Origin: a virus
Taxonomy: Duplodnaviria > Caudoviricetes
Length of the DNA: 52,239 nt
Direction: 5' to 3' (one strand)
IMG/VR virus record: IMGVR_UViG_3300020045_012262
Coordinates: 1-52,239 of that record
Part shown: one piece after another, positions 38,747 through 49,055 of the stretch
Layout of the letters: each line of letters opens with the position of its first letter
Numbering within the stretch: the first letter of the stretch is position 1
The notes under the pieces: model-generated
What the model saw: the letters and a program-made list of their open reading frames with translations, nothing else
Told to the model about the DNA's origin: nothing
The model's database searches: none
Program-made: the position numbers and the translations under genes

Positions 38747-39655
38747 ATGAGTACAACAAACACAAATTTAGGACCATCAAAAGACGAACAGGCAATTGCA
38801 AAAGTAAAAGCTGATATTACTGCACAGGTGTTATCAAAAGTAAATTCTTTTCAACAATCTGGAGAATTAAGGCTTCCTGATAATTATTCACCAGAAAACG
38901 CGCTTAAATCTGCTTATTTGATTCTTTTGGAAACAAAAAATAAGGATGGTAAATATGCTTTAGAGCATTGCAGTCAAGCGAGTATCGCAAATGCATTATT
39001 AAAAATGGTTGTTTGGGGATTATCTCCATTGAAAAAACAATGTGATTTAATCATGTATGGAACTTCTTTGGAATGCAGCATTGAATATACTGGAAATATT
39101 GTTTTAGCAAAGCGTTATGGCAATATGAAAGATATTAAAGCAAATGCAGTTTTAGAAGGGGATAATTTTGAATATCAAATTGATGTTGAAACAGGAGCTA
39201 GAAAAGTTACAAAACATGAGCAAACACTTGAAAATATTGGAAACAAAAATATTAAAGGTGCATATGCTATTGTAACAATGAATGATGGTTCAAAGTTTAC
39301 TGAGATTATGAACATTGCTCAAATTAAACAAGCATGGGGACAGGGCGCCATGAAAGGAAATTCTCCGGCACATCAAAACTTTCCAGACCAAATGAGTATT
39401 AAAACGGTTATAAATCGTGCTTGTAAATTACTTATTCGAGGCTCAGATGATGCGGTTCTTTACAGCAAAGAAGAAGATGAAAATGTATATTCAGTTGAAG
39501 AAACTGTTAATCAAAACATTTCTGCTAATGCTAATAAAAAGGTTTTGGACTTTAATAATGCAAACATCGAGGATGCAATTCTTGATAAAGAACAACCATC
39601 CAATGATGAACCAAAAACAGATGCAAAAACCGAAGAAGTAAAACCATTGTTTTAA
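38747..39655 (+). CDS. recT: RecT-family ssDNA annealing protein
   Basis: YSPENALKSAYL, SIANALL.M...GLSP.KKQC and FPDQM..KTVINRACK motifs. Confidence 0.9.
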   Translation: MSTTNTNLGPSKDEQAIAKVKADITAQVLSKVNSFQQSGELRLPDNYSPENALKSAYLILLETKNKDGKYALEHCSQASIANALLKMVVWGLSPLKKQCDLIMYGTSLECSIEYTGNIVLAKRYGNMKDIKANAVLEGDNFEYQIDVETGARKVTKHEQTLENIGNKNIKGAYAIVTMNDGSKFTEIMNIAQIKQAWGQGAMKGNSPAHQNFPDQMSIKTVINRACKLLIRGSDDAVLYSKEEDENVYSVEETVNQNISANANKKVLDFNNANIEDAILDKEQPSNDEPKTDAKTEEVKPLF

Positions 39656-39656
39656 C

Positions 39657-40391
39657 ATGAGATTAAAAGTAGTAAACAGCGGATCCGTTGGTAATTGCTA
39701 TGTTCTTGAAAATGAAAATGAAATCCTGCTAATTGAATGCGGAGTTTCAATTCAAGAAATAAAAGAAGCAATTAATTTCAACACAAAAAAGGTTGTAGGT
39801 TGCATTGTTACACATGAACACGGTGATCATTGTAAATCATTAAAAGAGGTTGAAGCACTTGGAATTGAAACACGTGCATTAATTGAAGTTTACAACAATA
39901 AAGCAATTGTTTGTTTGCCTGATCAAAAAATTGAAATAGGGAAAACATTCCATTTAGGAAACTTCAAAATAATGCCTTTTGATGTTCGCCATAACGTGCC
40001 ATGTGTTGGATTCTTAATTGATCATACTGAAACTGGAAGATTTGTTTTCATTACAGATACAAATTTTGTAGATTATACTTTTCCAGACCTCAACAATATA
40101 ATAGTTGAAGCAAATTTTTGTCATGATATTATCAAAAGAAAATACGGTCATGCCAACGGAAAAGAATTTTTAAAGAATCGTATTTTTAAAGATCACTTTT
40201 CATTGCGTGATTGCAAAGAAATGCTTTTGGCAAATGATTTACGTAAAGTTCAAAACATATTGCTTATTCATCTTTCGGATTCAAATTCAGATGAAAAACT
40301 CTTTCAAAAGGAAGTTTATCAACTGACTGGTAAAAAAACGGTGTGCGCATCAAAAGGATTAATAATAGATTTTAACAAAGAACCATTTTAA
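39657..40391 (+). CDS. Metallo-beta-lactamase-fold nuclease
   Basis: SGSVGNCY, THEHGDH, TDT, EAN and HLS motifs. Confidence 0.9.
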   Translation: MRLKVVNSGSVGNCYVLENENEILLIECGVSIQEIKEAINFNTKKVVGCIVTHEHGDHCKSLKEVEALGIETRALIEVYNNKAIVCLPDQKIEIGKTFHLGNFKIMPFDVRHNVPCVGFLIDHTETGRFVFITDTNFVDYTFPDLNNIIVEANFCHDIIKRKYGHANGKEFLKNRIFKDHFSLRDCKEMLLANDLRKVQNILLIHLSDSNSDEKLFQKEVYQLTGKKTVCASKGLIIDFNKEPF

Positions 40392-40524
40392 TTATGAAAA
40401 CAACTAACGAAATAGTAAAACAGTATAATCATAATTTAATGGTTACTTTGACATCCAAAAACGATTATTCTTTTTGTAAGTCAAATAAAGAAATGATTGA
40501 TAAACTCATTAAAAAAATAGGGAT

Positions 40525-40881
40525 ATGTGTAAATTGAAACCAACTGATTTAAAAATATATAATTATATTTTGGCAGAAAATAAAGTTTATAAAATAGAAA
40601 CTTTTTATGAATCTGGTGTTCATGTTGGACTTGGAAAATGTTTTAAATTTTCAGAAATTAACCCAATACCATTATCAGTTGATTGGCTTAAAAAAGCAGG
40701 ATATAAGCAATTGAAACGAGTTGAAAAAACATATTCGTTAAGTAATTTTGAAGATAATTCTGCAATATATTTTACTGGTGTAAGATTCATTCACATAATT
40801 ACAGGAACTCATTTGGAGTTTTTACACGAACTTCAAAATTTACATTCAGCCATAAACAAAGAAGAACTTAAATTTAGTTAG
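40525..40881 (+). CDS. Hypothetical protein (YopX-like, tentative)
   Basis: PIPLS..WL...G and LHELQNL motifs. Confidence 0.6.
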   Translation: MCKLKPTDLKIYNYILAENKVYKIETFYESGVHVGLGKCFKFSEINPIPLSVDWLKKAGYKQLKRVEKTYSLSNFEDNSAIYFTGVRFIHIITGTHLEFLHELQNLHSAINKEELKFS

Positions 40882-40882
40882 T

Positions 40883-41299
40883 ATGAAAATCATTGAAAAT
40901 GTTACAATTTACAAATGTGATTTTTGCAAAAAGGAATTGAAGCGTAAACATGCAATGGTTAATCACGAAGAAAAATGCAACTGCAATCCATTAAATTTTA
41001 GGGCATGTACTAATGGATGTGTATTTTTAGAAAGAGAAGTTATTGACGTTGATTTTGAAACTGGATATGATTATGAAAATGGAGAAACTCAATATTCAAC
41101 AAAACAAGTTAGTGCTTTTAAATGCACAAAATTTGACAAAATAATGTATCCGTTTTCAATTGAAAAATCAAGTGCTTTAGAAAAACATCCTCAAACTTTT
41201 GAATATCAGGAACCAATGCCAAAAACATGTGAATCATTTAATAATACTGAATCTTGGGATGAATATTTTGAACGGATGCAAAATAAATCAGATTTATAA
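40883..41299 (+). CDS. Cys-rich hypothetical protein
   Basis: YKCDFCKK...HEEKC zinc-finger-like motif. Confidence 0.65.
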   Translation: MKIIENVTIYKCDFCKKELKRKHAMVNHEEKCNCNPLNFRACTNGCVFLEREVIDVDFETGYDYENGETQYSTKQVSAFKCTKFDKIMYPFSIEKSSALEKHPQTFEYQEPMPKTCESFNNTESWDEYFERMQNKSDL

Positions 41300-41742
41300 T
41301 GCCAGTTTACAACGGATATAAAATTATTGACCAACAGCGGGCTATTGAGAAACTTAAGTTTCTGATAAAACATGAAAAGGTTTTTGAATTGACTGAGAAG
41401 CGTAAATCAAAAACGTATCCACAATTGAAATACCTTCATTTAATTTTAGGATGTTTTGCGCTTGAATTTGGAGAGAAAAGAGATTACATAAAAATAGAAT
41501 TTTTCAAAAAACTTGTAAATTCAGAAATCTTTGAATTTGAGTTTATAAATCGTAAAACTGGTGAAATTAGAACTGAATTGCGAAGTTGTGCCGAATTATC
41601 AAAAGATGAAATGACATTGGCAATTGAACGATTCCGAGATTATTCATCTAAAGAAGCGGGAATATATTTACCTCAACCTTCTGATTTGGCTTTAATGCAA
41701 GAAATTGAAATTGAATTAGAAAATAATAAACAATACTTATGA
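41299..41742 (+). CDS. NinB-like protein (tentative)
   Basis: K..PQLKYLH, RS.AELS..EM...IERFR and GIYLP.P motifs. Confidence 0.55.
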   Translation: MPVYNGYKIIDQQRAIEKLKFLIKHEKVFELTEKRKSKTYPQLKYLHLILGCFALEFGEKRDYIKIEFFKKLVNSEIFEFEFINRKTGEIRTELRSCAELSKDEMTLAIERFRDYSSKEAGIYLPQPSDLALMQEIEIELENNKQYL

Positions 41743-42110
41743 AAAACCAATTCGACAAAATGCGCGAAGCATTGGAAGCCGTTGAACGTAATAATCAAAA
41801 CTATTACAATGATTGTCTTTTATTTGCTTATGAATGGGTAAAAAACCAATTTAAAGCATTCACAAGTGAAGATTTAAAAGAAGCGTATTACGCAAAAGGA
41901 AATGATCCACCGCATGAACCCAGAATTTATGGAGCAATTATTAATAGGCTTTCAAAAGATGGATTAATTTTTAAACAACAATGGGTTTATTCAAAAAATC
42001 CAACTTGCCACGGTCGGCCAATGCGTTCATGGATATCAAAAGAATTCAAAGCCAAACAAAGTGCAAATGCAAATAAAAGCAAAAATCAAATAAATATTAA
42101 CTTTCAATAA
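41739..42110 (+). CDS. Hypothetical protein
   Basis: P.EPR.YGA....L...GLI and CH.RP...W.S motifs. Confidence 0.7.
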   Translation: MKNQFDKMREALEAVERNNQNYYNDCLLFAYEWVKNQFKAFTSEDLKEAYYAKGNDPPHEPRIYGAIINRLSKDGLIFKQQWVYSKNPTCHGRPMRSWISKEFKAKQSANANKSKNQININFQ

Positions 42111-42117
42111 ATAAATT

Positions 42118-42438
42118 ATGTTAAAAACAGTAAATCAATTAAAAAAAGAACGTCCTGATTTAGTAAAACTATTTGAAGGAATGACACATTCACAACTTTT
42201 AAAACAAATTTACAAAGAAGTGTTAGACGCTGTAAATATGGAAGAACGTGTTCAAACATTTATGAATGAATGCACCGGCTTGTCATACACTACTTATACT
42301 CCAGAAGTTATAAAAGGACTTATTAATGATGCTGATGCTAGAAATATTAGTGAATTTTGTAAAACTGCCTTAGAAGACATCGAGGGAATGGATATTGAAG
42401 AAATTAAATCGTATCTAAAAAGCGAAATTATTCAATAA
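42118..42438 (+). CDS. Hypothetical protein
   Basis: ORF only. Confidence 0.65.
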   Translation: MLKTVNQLKKERPDLVKLFEGMTHSQLLKQIYKEVLDAVNMEERVQTFMNECTGLSYTTYTPEVIKGLINDADARNISEFCKTALEDIEGMDIEEIKSYLKSEIIQ

Positions 42439-42580
42439 TTTTTTTATATTTGTCTAGTAATTTATTGTGGGATTTATTACAACTTAAGACATATAACAGG
42501 ATTCCCTAAAGATCACCTATCCCACAATAGGCCTTTAGGGAATTTCTATTTTAAATCAGTAATCAATAAATAATTTTAAT

Positions 42581-43111
42581 ATGAGTTTAGCAGTAAAAAA
42601 TGCAGCAATTAAATCTAGTTTATTCCTAGATTACGCTTTCGAGCGTCAAGATGGTGAAATTAAAAACACCATAGTCACAAAAAGTGACGCACCAATACAT
42701 GAGGACCTTCGAAACGCTTTTCGTGCCTTAATTCCTCATTTCTGTTTTATTTCGGAGCAAATCCGTGATGAAAAACTAGTGAGTCAATGTATCGATAACA
42801 TTTCAGATTACATTGGTGATCGTGATTCTGTTATTTCAGAAGATTTCTTAAAATATAATGTAAGTAGTTTTGCAATGTCAAAATCTGGTGAAGGTGTAAC
42901 TATTACAGGAAGCCGCCAATTAGATACATTTGAGGAAATCGGATGGTCTACACCTCTAATAAAATTTGAATCTGAATACAAATTTGCTTCAGCACTTGAA
43001 ATGGCAATTGAAACTTTGAAAGAAGAAGTTCAACACTACATGTCAGGAAAACAAGCGGCCAAAGCTCAACTAGATATGTTCGAAGTTGGAGCAGAAGAAG
43101 AAACAATTTAA
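42581..43111 (+). CDS. Hypothetical protein
   Basis: 176-aa ORF downstream of a structured leader. Confidence 0.75.
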   Translation: MSLAVKNAAIKSSLFLDYAFERQDGEIKNTIVTKSDAPIHEDLRNAFRALIPHFCFISEQIRDEKLVSQCIDNISDYIGDRDSVISEDFLKYNVSSFAMSKSGEGVTITGSRQLDTFEEIGWSTPLIKFESEYKFASALEMAIETLKEEVQHYMSGKQAAKAQLDMFEVGAEEETI

Positions 43112-43129
43112 TTTTTAAAATAAAAAAAA

Positions 43130-45913
43130 ATGATGCAGGTAATTGAACATTCACACGAATTGCAAGTTAAAATTCCATATGACAGATTCCGTAACGCAAA
43201 TGCTGTTGAAATAAAAAAAATACCATGTTCAAAATGGTGTTATGTGAAAAATGCTTTTGTTGTGGGTGTTGGTTACCGAAATCATTTAATTGACTTAAAA
43301 AACAAAGCAAAACCGTTTAATCCTATTGAATGGATAGATGTTTCAAAGCAATCAGAAGACCAAATTAAGCCTATTGCACCATTGCCGGAACTAATTTATG
43401 AATATCCATTAAAACAAGGTGCATTGCGTGATTATCAGCGTAAAGGAGTTGCCAGGGGATTGGAATTGAAGCGTTTTATAAATGCCGATGAACCAAGAAT
43501 GGGCAAAGCACAGCCGTTATATTCTAAGGTTTCAACGCCTAGTGGATGGGTTAATATTGGAGATTTAAAAATTGGCAATGAAATTTTTAGTCAAGATGGC
43601 TCTATTCAAAAAGTTACAGGTATTTTCCCTCAGGGATTGCAAAAAACCTATAGAGTTATTTTTAACGATGGTAGTTATACAGATTGTAATTTAGATCACA
43701 TTTGGTCAGTTCGTGATCAAAATAGAAGAAGAAGAAATAAAGGATGGGTAAACAAAACTGTATGTGAATTGATTTCACAAGGTTTAACATGGAAAACAAA
43801 TGAAAAAAGAATATTATACGGTGCTTCACCTATTTTAAAATGGGAAGTTCCAATGTGCAAACCTGTTAAATATTCTAAAAAAAACTTTGTAATTCACCCG
43901 TATATTTTAGGAATGCTTTTAGGCGATGGATGTATGACAGGAACATCAATTTGTATTAGTATTCCTGATCATCAAATTGAAACTACAAAGCGTATAGAGT
44001 CATTATTACCTGAAAATTTGCATCTACGTGTAAATAGATCCCCTGCGTGCCCACAATATTATATTTCTCAAATTGAAAACAAAAGAAAACAAAATCAATT
44101 CAAAAAAGAAATTGTAAAATTAGGAATAAATGTAAAAAGTAAACAAAAATTTATTCCTGATGAATATTTAAAAGGATCTGTTTTACAAAGAAAAGAATTG
44201 CTTTTTGGATTAATGGATTCAGATGGTTCGGCAGTTGTAAACAGAACTAATTTTCATTCAATGTCATTAAAACTTTGCGAAGGAATTATTGAATTAGTTC
44301 AATCATTAGGAGGAACGGCAAAATTAAAAACTTACAACAGAAAAGAAAAAGGTATAGAATATCAGGTAAATATAAATCTTGTTTTCCCTCCTTTTACTTT
44401 GAAAGAAAAAATTGAAAAATGTATCAGTAAATCAACAGTAGTAACTAGATATATTAGCGAAGTTGTTCAAATTGAAGATCAATATCAGGTTTGTATTTCA
44501 GTCTCAAATGATGATAAATTATATCTGACAGATAATTTCATTGTTACACATAATACTATCCAAACAATTACTACACTTTGCATAGCTCATGAAATAAAAA
44601 AAGAACCTACTTTTCCATGTTTGATTATTTGTCCGGCTCCATTAAAATTGAATTGGCAGGATGAATGGAAAATATGGAGTACTAAACGTGTTTTAGTATT
44701 GGATGACACAACAAAAGACCGTTGGCACCATTTTATTACTATGGATATGTATGATGTTGTAATTTGCAACTTTCAAAGTTTAAAAAAGAATTTCGTTCAA
44801 TATTATCCACCGGCTAATAAAATGAAAAGTTCAAATGATATTGTGATGAAAAGCAATATTCAACTTTTTAATTCGGTTGTAATTGATGAAAGCCATCGTT
44901 TGAAGGATCCAAATTCACAACAAACAAAAATAGCTTTACAAATAAGCTTGAAAAAACTTTGGGTAATTTTGCTTTCTGGAACACCAGTAAAAAACAAACC
45001 GATTGATTTGTTTACCCAATTGGCGATCATGGGAAGATTGAAAGAATTTGGAGGTCCAAAAGTATTTAAAGGTAGATATTGTGAAGGTGGTTCCGGAGCT
45101 TCAAATCTTAAAGAATTGAATTCAAAATTAAATGAAATTTGTTTCTTCAGACGAGAACGTAAAGAAGTAATCAAAGATTTACCTCCTAAACAACGCCAAA
45201 CTATTTCATGTGATATTACAACCAGAGACCGTTATAACCAAGCCAAAAAAGACTTCTTAAAATTCTTAGAAGAAAATGGAAATACTGAAGAACAGATTTC
45301 AGATAAGTTAAAAGGTCAAGCACTTGTAAAAATGCAGGAATTGAAAAGAATTTCCGCAATGGGAAAAATTAAAGAGGTTGTAAACTTCATTGATGAAACC
45401 ATTGAAAACGGTGAAAAGATTGTAATTTTTTGTGTGTTACATTCCATTGTTGATGAATTATACAAGCAATATCCAAATGCTTTAATGATAACTGGGCGTC
45501 AGGATGAACACCAAAAAGAAGAAGCAAAAACCAAATTTCAACAATGTAAAAAGTGTAAAACCAAATTAGAGCATCATCAGGATAAAGATCATGATTATGT
45601 TCCTAGCGATTACTCCCTTTTGATTTGTAATATTGAGGCTGCCGGTGTTGGTCATAACTTTAGTGCTGCATCCGTAACCGGATTTGTAGAATATCCTTGG
45701 ACTGCTGCTGATGCTTTTCAATGTGAAGACCGTGTATTTGACTTTAAGAAAAAAGAACCTATTACAGCGACTTATTTTTTAGGAAAGAACACAATTGACG
45801 AGCAAAATTTTGAATTGATTCAGAGCAAAGCAGAGCTTTCAAATGCAATAACTGGAAGTACTGATGTAATGAAAACAGAATTTATAAATAAATTTGTTGC
45901 ATCATTGAAATAA
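43130..45913 (+). CDS. SNF2-family helicase containing an intein
   Basis: ADEPRMGK|T Walker A split by the intein; DESH, LSGTP, G.G.N and Q.EDR motifs. Confidence 0.93.
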   Translation: MMQVIEHSHELQVKIPYDRFRNANAVEIKKIPCSKWCYVKNAFVVGVGYRNHLIDLKNKAKPFNPIEWIDVSKQSEDQIKPIAPLPELIYEYPLKQGALRDYQRKGVARGLELKRFINADEPRMGKAQPLYSKVSTPSGWVNIGDLKIGNEIFSQDGSIQKVTGIFPQGLQKTYRVIFNDGSYTDCNLDHIWSVRDQNRRRRNKGWVNKTVCELISQGLTWKTNEKRILYGASPILKWEVPMCKPVKYSKKNFVIHPYILGMLLGDGCMTGTSICISIPDHQIETTKRIESLLPENLHLRVNRSPACPQYYISQIENKRKQNQFKKEIVKLGINVKSKQKFIPDEYLKGSVLQRKELLFGLMDSDGSAVVNRTNFHSMSLKLCEGIIELVQSLGGTAKLKTYNRKEKGIEYQVNINLVFPPFTLKEKIEKCISKSTVVTRYISEVVQIEDQYQVCISVSNDDKLYLTDNFIVTHNTIQTITTLCIAHEIKKEPTFPCLIICPAPLKLNWQDEWKIWSTKRVLVLDDTTKDRWHHFITMDMYDVVICNFQSLKKNFVQYYPPANKMKSSNDIVMKSNIQLFNSVVIDESHRLKDPNSQQTKIALQISLKKLWVILLSGTPVKNKPIDLFTQLAIMGRLKEFGGPKVFKGRYCEGGSGASNLKELNSKLNEICFFRRERKEVIKDLPPKQRQTISCDITTRDRYNQAKKDFLKFLEENGNTEEQISDKLKGQALVKMQELKRISAMGKIKEVVNFIDETIENGEKIVIFCVLHSIVDELYKQYPNALMITGRQDEHQKEEAKTKFQQCKKCKTKLEHHQDKDHDYVPSDYSLLICNIEAAGVGHNFSAASVTGFVEYPWTAADAFQCEDRVFDFKKKEPITATYFLGKNTIDEQNFELIQSKAELSNAITGSTDVMKTEFINKFVASLK
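43508..44554 (+). mobile_element. Intein (349 aa) with LAGLIDADG homing endonuclease, class 3 signature
   Basis: Starts AQPL, ends VTHN|T. Contains LGMLLGDG and LFGLMDSDG, block B DHIW, block F VCISV. Confidence 0.92.
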
Positions 45914-46056
45914 TATTATATATTTGTAATTCGTAATGCCGTTGACGTGGAAAGCAATTGCAATTATTTACGACTCATGTATTTATAAATCCTATCGAAT
46001 AAGGCACTTTCCACAATACTGCCAAATTTGATGGGATTTTTTTATACAACAAACTT

Positions 46057-46533
46057 ATGTTAGTCACAATCAACACAGACGCTAGTCTACATAAAAAATT
46101 AAGATACGGTGCATATGCATTTTGGGCAGTATCAGATGATTTTAAAATAACCAAATCAGGTCCATTTAAAGAAAAATGCTTCACTACAGATGATGCAGAA
46201 GCTAAATGCATTATTAATGCATTGAAAACTGTATTAGTGCATTCAAGGATTCATAAAATAATTATAAATTCAGATTCTTTAAATGCTATAGCCCTTCTTG
46301 AAAAAAACGAGAAACATAACACAAGATATTCCCGATTAAATTCAAAACAAAGATTGAATATTTACAAAGTCTATCAAAAAGTTTTACAACAGTCAAAAAA
46401 CAATGTTACAATTGAATTTAGACATGTTAAAGCTCATACTGGTATGGATGATCGCAGAAGTTATGTAAATGAGTGGTGCGATGCAGAAGCTAAAAAACAT
46501 ATGTGGAATAAAGTAAATTCACTTAAAAATTAA
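46057..46533 (+). CDS. RNase H-like protein
   Basis: TDAS, AEAK, NSDS and HVKAH...NEWCD.EAK RNase HI catalytic pattern. Confidence 0.88.
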   Translation: MLVTINTDASLHKKLRYGAYAFWAVSDDFKITKSGPFKEKCFTTDDAEAKCIINALKTVLVHSRIHKIIINSDSLNAIALLEKNEKHNTRYSRLNSKQRLNIYKVYQKVLQQSKNNVTIEFRHVKAHTGMDDRRSYVNEWCDAEAKKHMWNKVNSLKN

Positions 46534-46537
46534 ATAT

Positions 46538-46894
46538 ATGGAAAATAAATCAACCGTTGTTAAACGTGAATTACTTACACAACTTGTAACAGCATACGGA
46601 AACAAGCCAAAGAAAATTGTAATTCAAAAGGCAAAAGAAAAAGGAATTTATAAGATTGAAGATGATGACAATGAAGTTTATTCTCTTATAGAAAAATTTG
46701 CTGAATATCATCATTTACCATTTGGACACACTCCACAACCTGAAATATTATATGAATTAATTTCAGAAGAAGAAATTGAAAAGCCAATTAAACCAGAAAT
46801 TGACCATTTTTATGAATCATTAGTAAAAGAACGTGATTCACTATCAAAAAAACTTTTGGCGTTGAATAGGCTTATTGAAACCTATAAAATTTAA
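46538..46894 (+). CDS. Hypothetical protein
   Basis: ORF only. Confidence 0.6.
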   Translation: MENKSTVVKRELLTQLVTAYGNKPKKIVIQKAKEKGIYKIEDDDNEVYSLIEKFAEYHHLPFGHTPQPEILYELISEEEIEKPIKPEIDHFYESLVKERDSLSKKLLALNRLIETYKI

Positions 46895-46897
46895 GTT

Positions 46898-47773
46898 ATG
46901 GCTGAAAATAAAAAAGGATTCATTTTGTATGCTAATTATATTAGCACAATAAACCAATTACCTGATGATGTTGCAGGAAGATTAATGAAGCATATTTTTG
47001 CTTACGTAAACGATCAAAATCCTAAAACTGATGAATTGCTTGTTAATATTGTTTTTGAACCTATTAAAAATCATTTAAAAGATGACTTAGAAAAATATAT
47101 ATTAGGCAAGCATGATAAAAGTTTAAGCGGTAAAATAGGTAATTTAAAGCGTTGGCATAAAGATTTATATGATGATTTTGCTGCTGATAAATTAACTTTA
47201 CAAGAAGCTGAAACAATAGCACAAAATCGCAAAGTATCGCACCGCGATGATTCGCAATCGCAAACAGTCGCAAACATCGCTGTTATAGATATAGTAAAAG
47301 ATAAAGTTAATGTTAATGTTAATGTAAAAGATAAAGTTAATGTTAAAGAAACTTTTAAAGAAGAAAAAGATAATAGGAATGTATCATTTTCTGAGAAATT
47401 AGAAATTTCTCCCCCACCCGAAAAAATTGATTATATTAAATTTCAAAAGTTTTTTAATGATAATAAACGAAATTTATCAGAGGTTAAAAAAATGACCGAT
47501 GCAAGAAAAAAAAGAATTTCAATTTTACAAAAGCAATATGGCAAAGAATGTTTAATGCATGCGATTGAAAAAGCAAGGGATTCAGATTTTTTACAGGGTG
47601 TAAACTCAAAAAATTGGACAGCATCCTTTGATTGGATTTTTACACCAGCAAATTTTATTAAAATTTTAGAAGATAATTATGGAAACAAACAACAACAATC
47701 AGGAAAAACAAACGCCGAAATCTTTGCAACCGCAATGCAATCAGAGACAGCTAAGAACTTTAGATTTAAGTAA
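46898..47773 (+). CDS. Replication initiator / replisome organizer (DUF6291-like N-terminus)
   Basis: KKGFILY....I.QL.D...GRL...IFAY N-terminus; SDFL.G.N...W.ASFDWI....NF.KILE.NY C-terminus. Confidence 0.8.
   Translation: MAENKKGFILYANYISTINQLPDDVAGRLMKHIFAYVNDQNPKTDELLVNIVFEPIKNHLKDDLEKYILGKHDKSLSGKIGNLKRWHKDLYDDFAADKLTLQEAETIAQNRKVSHRDDSQSQTVANIAVIDIVKDKVNVNVNVKDKVNVKETFKEEKDNRNVSFSEKLEISPPPEKIDYIKFQKFFNDNKRNLSEVKKMTDARKKRISILQKQYGKECLMHAIEKARDSDFLQGVNSKNWTASFDWIFTPANFIKILEDNYGNKQQQSGKTNAEIFATAMQSETAKNFRFK
47294..47346 (+). repeat. 23-bp direct repeat inside the initiator gene
   Basis: gtaaaagataaagttaatgttaa at 47294-47316 and 47324-47346. Confidence 0.85.
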
Positions 47774-48413
47774 AAATATTATTGCAGGAACTACCAATAT
47801 TGCTATGGTAGAAATGGGATTAAGTATTAAAAATACATTTGAAAGTCCAAATATTAGAAGTGTTTTTAAATCAGAACATGGTCAAATTGGGTTTAGCGTT
47901 GTAAATGTTTTGGTTAAAAGATTTATGGAATCATTTGGTTTTGCAACAAAAATGAATGAAACACAACTAGATGTTTTAACTGTTGATACTTTAGAAAAAT
48001 TTGCATTCGAATCTTTAGAAGATATTATTTTGTTTTTTAAAATGGCCCGAACAGGAACTTTTGGAAGCACAATGAGAGGTGTTGATTCAAATTTAATATT
48101 TGGAGAATGGTATCCAATGTATTTGGAATTAAAAGCAAGTGAGCGTGAAAAAATTTACCAAAAAGAAAAAGACAATTACAAAGAAGGACAATTAACTATT
48201 GAAGATGTTAAACGAGCGTATAGTGCAATTAAAAATAATCCTCAAAAAAAACATGATGATTTAGTTAAGAAAATTAATGAATTAACTAATGGATTTACTA
48301 GGCAACAACTTGAAAATTTAATTTCAGAATGGGAAAAAGACGAAACAAAGTCATCATTTTTATATGCTTTACGAGCTAAAAGATCAGATATAAAAGAAGA
48401 ATATAAACCGTAA
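47679..48413 (+). CDS. Hypothetical protein, possible helicase loader or initiator partner
   Basis: Position after the initiator gene. Confidence 0.6.
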   Translation: METNNNNQEKQTPKSLQPQCNQRQLRTLDLSKNIIAGTTNIAMVEMGLSIKNTFESPNIRSVFKSEHGQIGFSVVNVLVKRFMESFGFATKMNETQLDVLTVDTLEKFAFESLEDIILFFKMARTGTFGSTMRGVDSNLIFGEWYPMYLELKASEREKIYQKEKDNYKEGQLTIEDVKRAYSAIKNNPQKKHDDLVKKINELTNGFTRQQLENLISEWEKDETKSSFLYALRAKRSDIKEEYKP

Positions 48414-48423
48414 ATGTAACATC

Positions 48424-49050
48424 ATGACTGAAAAACTAATCCAAAAAGCATTATTTATTGCTTTCAGTTCCCATAAATACAAATTCACTAATGCTTATTA
48501 TTTCAGTAATGAAAGTGATTGGTTAAGCTTCCTAGAATCTGGTTTTTGTTACGAGTGTGAAATAAAAATAAGCCGTTCCGATTTTAAAGCTGATTTCAAA
48601 AAAGAAAAACACGCAATTCACAAAGGAAATGAATTAAAAGGAAATCTTTTTTTACGTAAACAGGGTGTTAGCATTTCAAGAAATTTAAGTTGGGATTTTT
48701 GCAGGGAGTTTCCAGAATTAATTGAATCAAACGAATATCTTTCAAGACGTGGACGATATGATGAAGAAAACATGATTGTTGATTATCATGCAATAACATC
48801 ATCAAAAATTGAATTCTTATCTCATGATAACAAACTTATTCCAAACAAGTTTTTTTATGTGGTTCCTTATGGATTAATAAAACCATCAGAAGTTCCAGAT
48901 TATGCAGGATTAATTTATGTAGATCATGATCTTAAAATCACCAAAGTTAAAGACGGTAAATTTTTGCATAAAGATAAACTCGATGTAAAAAAACTTTTTA
49001 CCAAAACATATTATGCTTACGAACGCGAATTAATTAACAAACTAAAATAA
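48424..49050 (+). CDS. MmcB-like PD-(D/E)XK nuclease
   Basis: ESD...YECEIKISRSDFKADF.K and PN.FFYVVP...P.YAGLI motifs. Confidence 0.75.
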   Translation: MTEKLIQKALFIAFSSHKYKFTNAYYFSNESDWLSFLESGFCYECEIKISRSDFKADFKKEKHAIHKGNELKGNLFLRKQGVSISRNLSWDFCREFPELIESNEYLSRRGRYDEENMIVDYHAITSSKIEFLSHDNKLIPNKFFYVVPYGLIKPSEVPDYAGLIYVDHDLKITKVKDGKFLHKDKLDVKKLFTKTYYAYERELINKLK

Positions 49051-49055
49051 TTATT

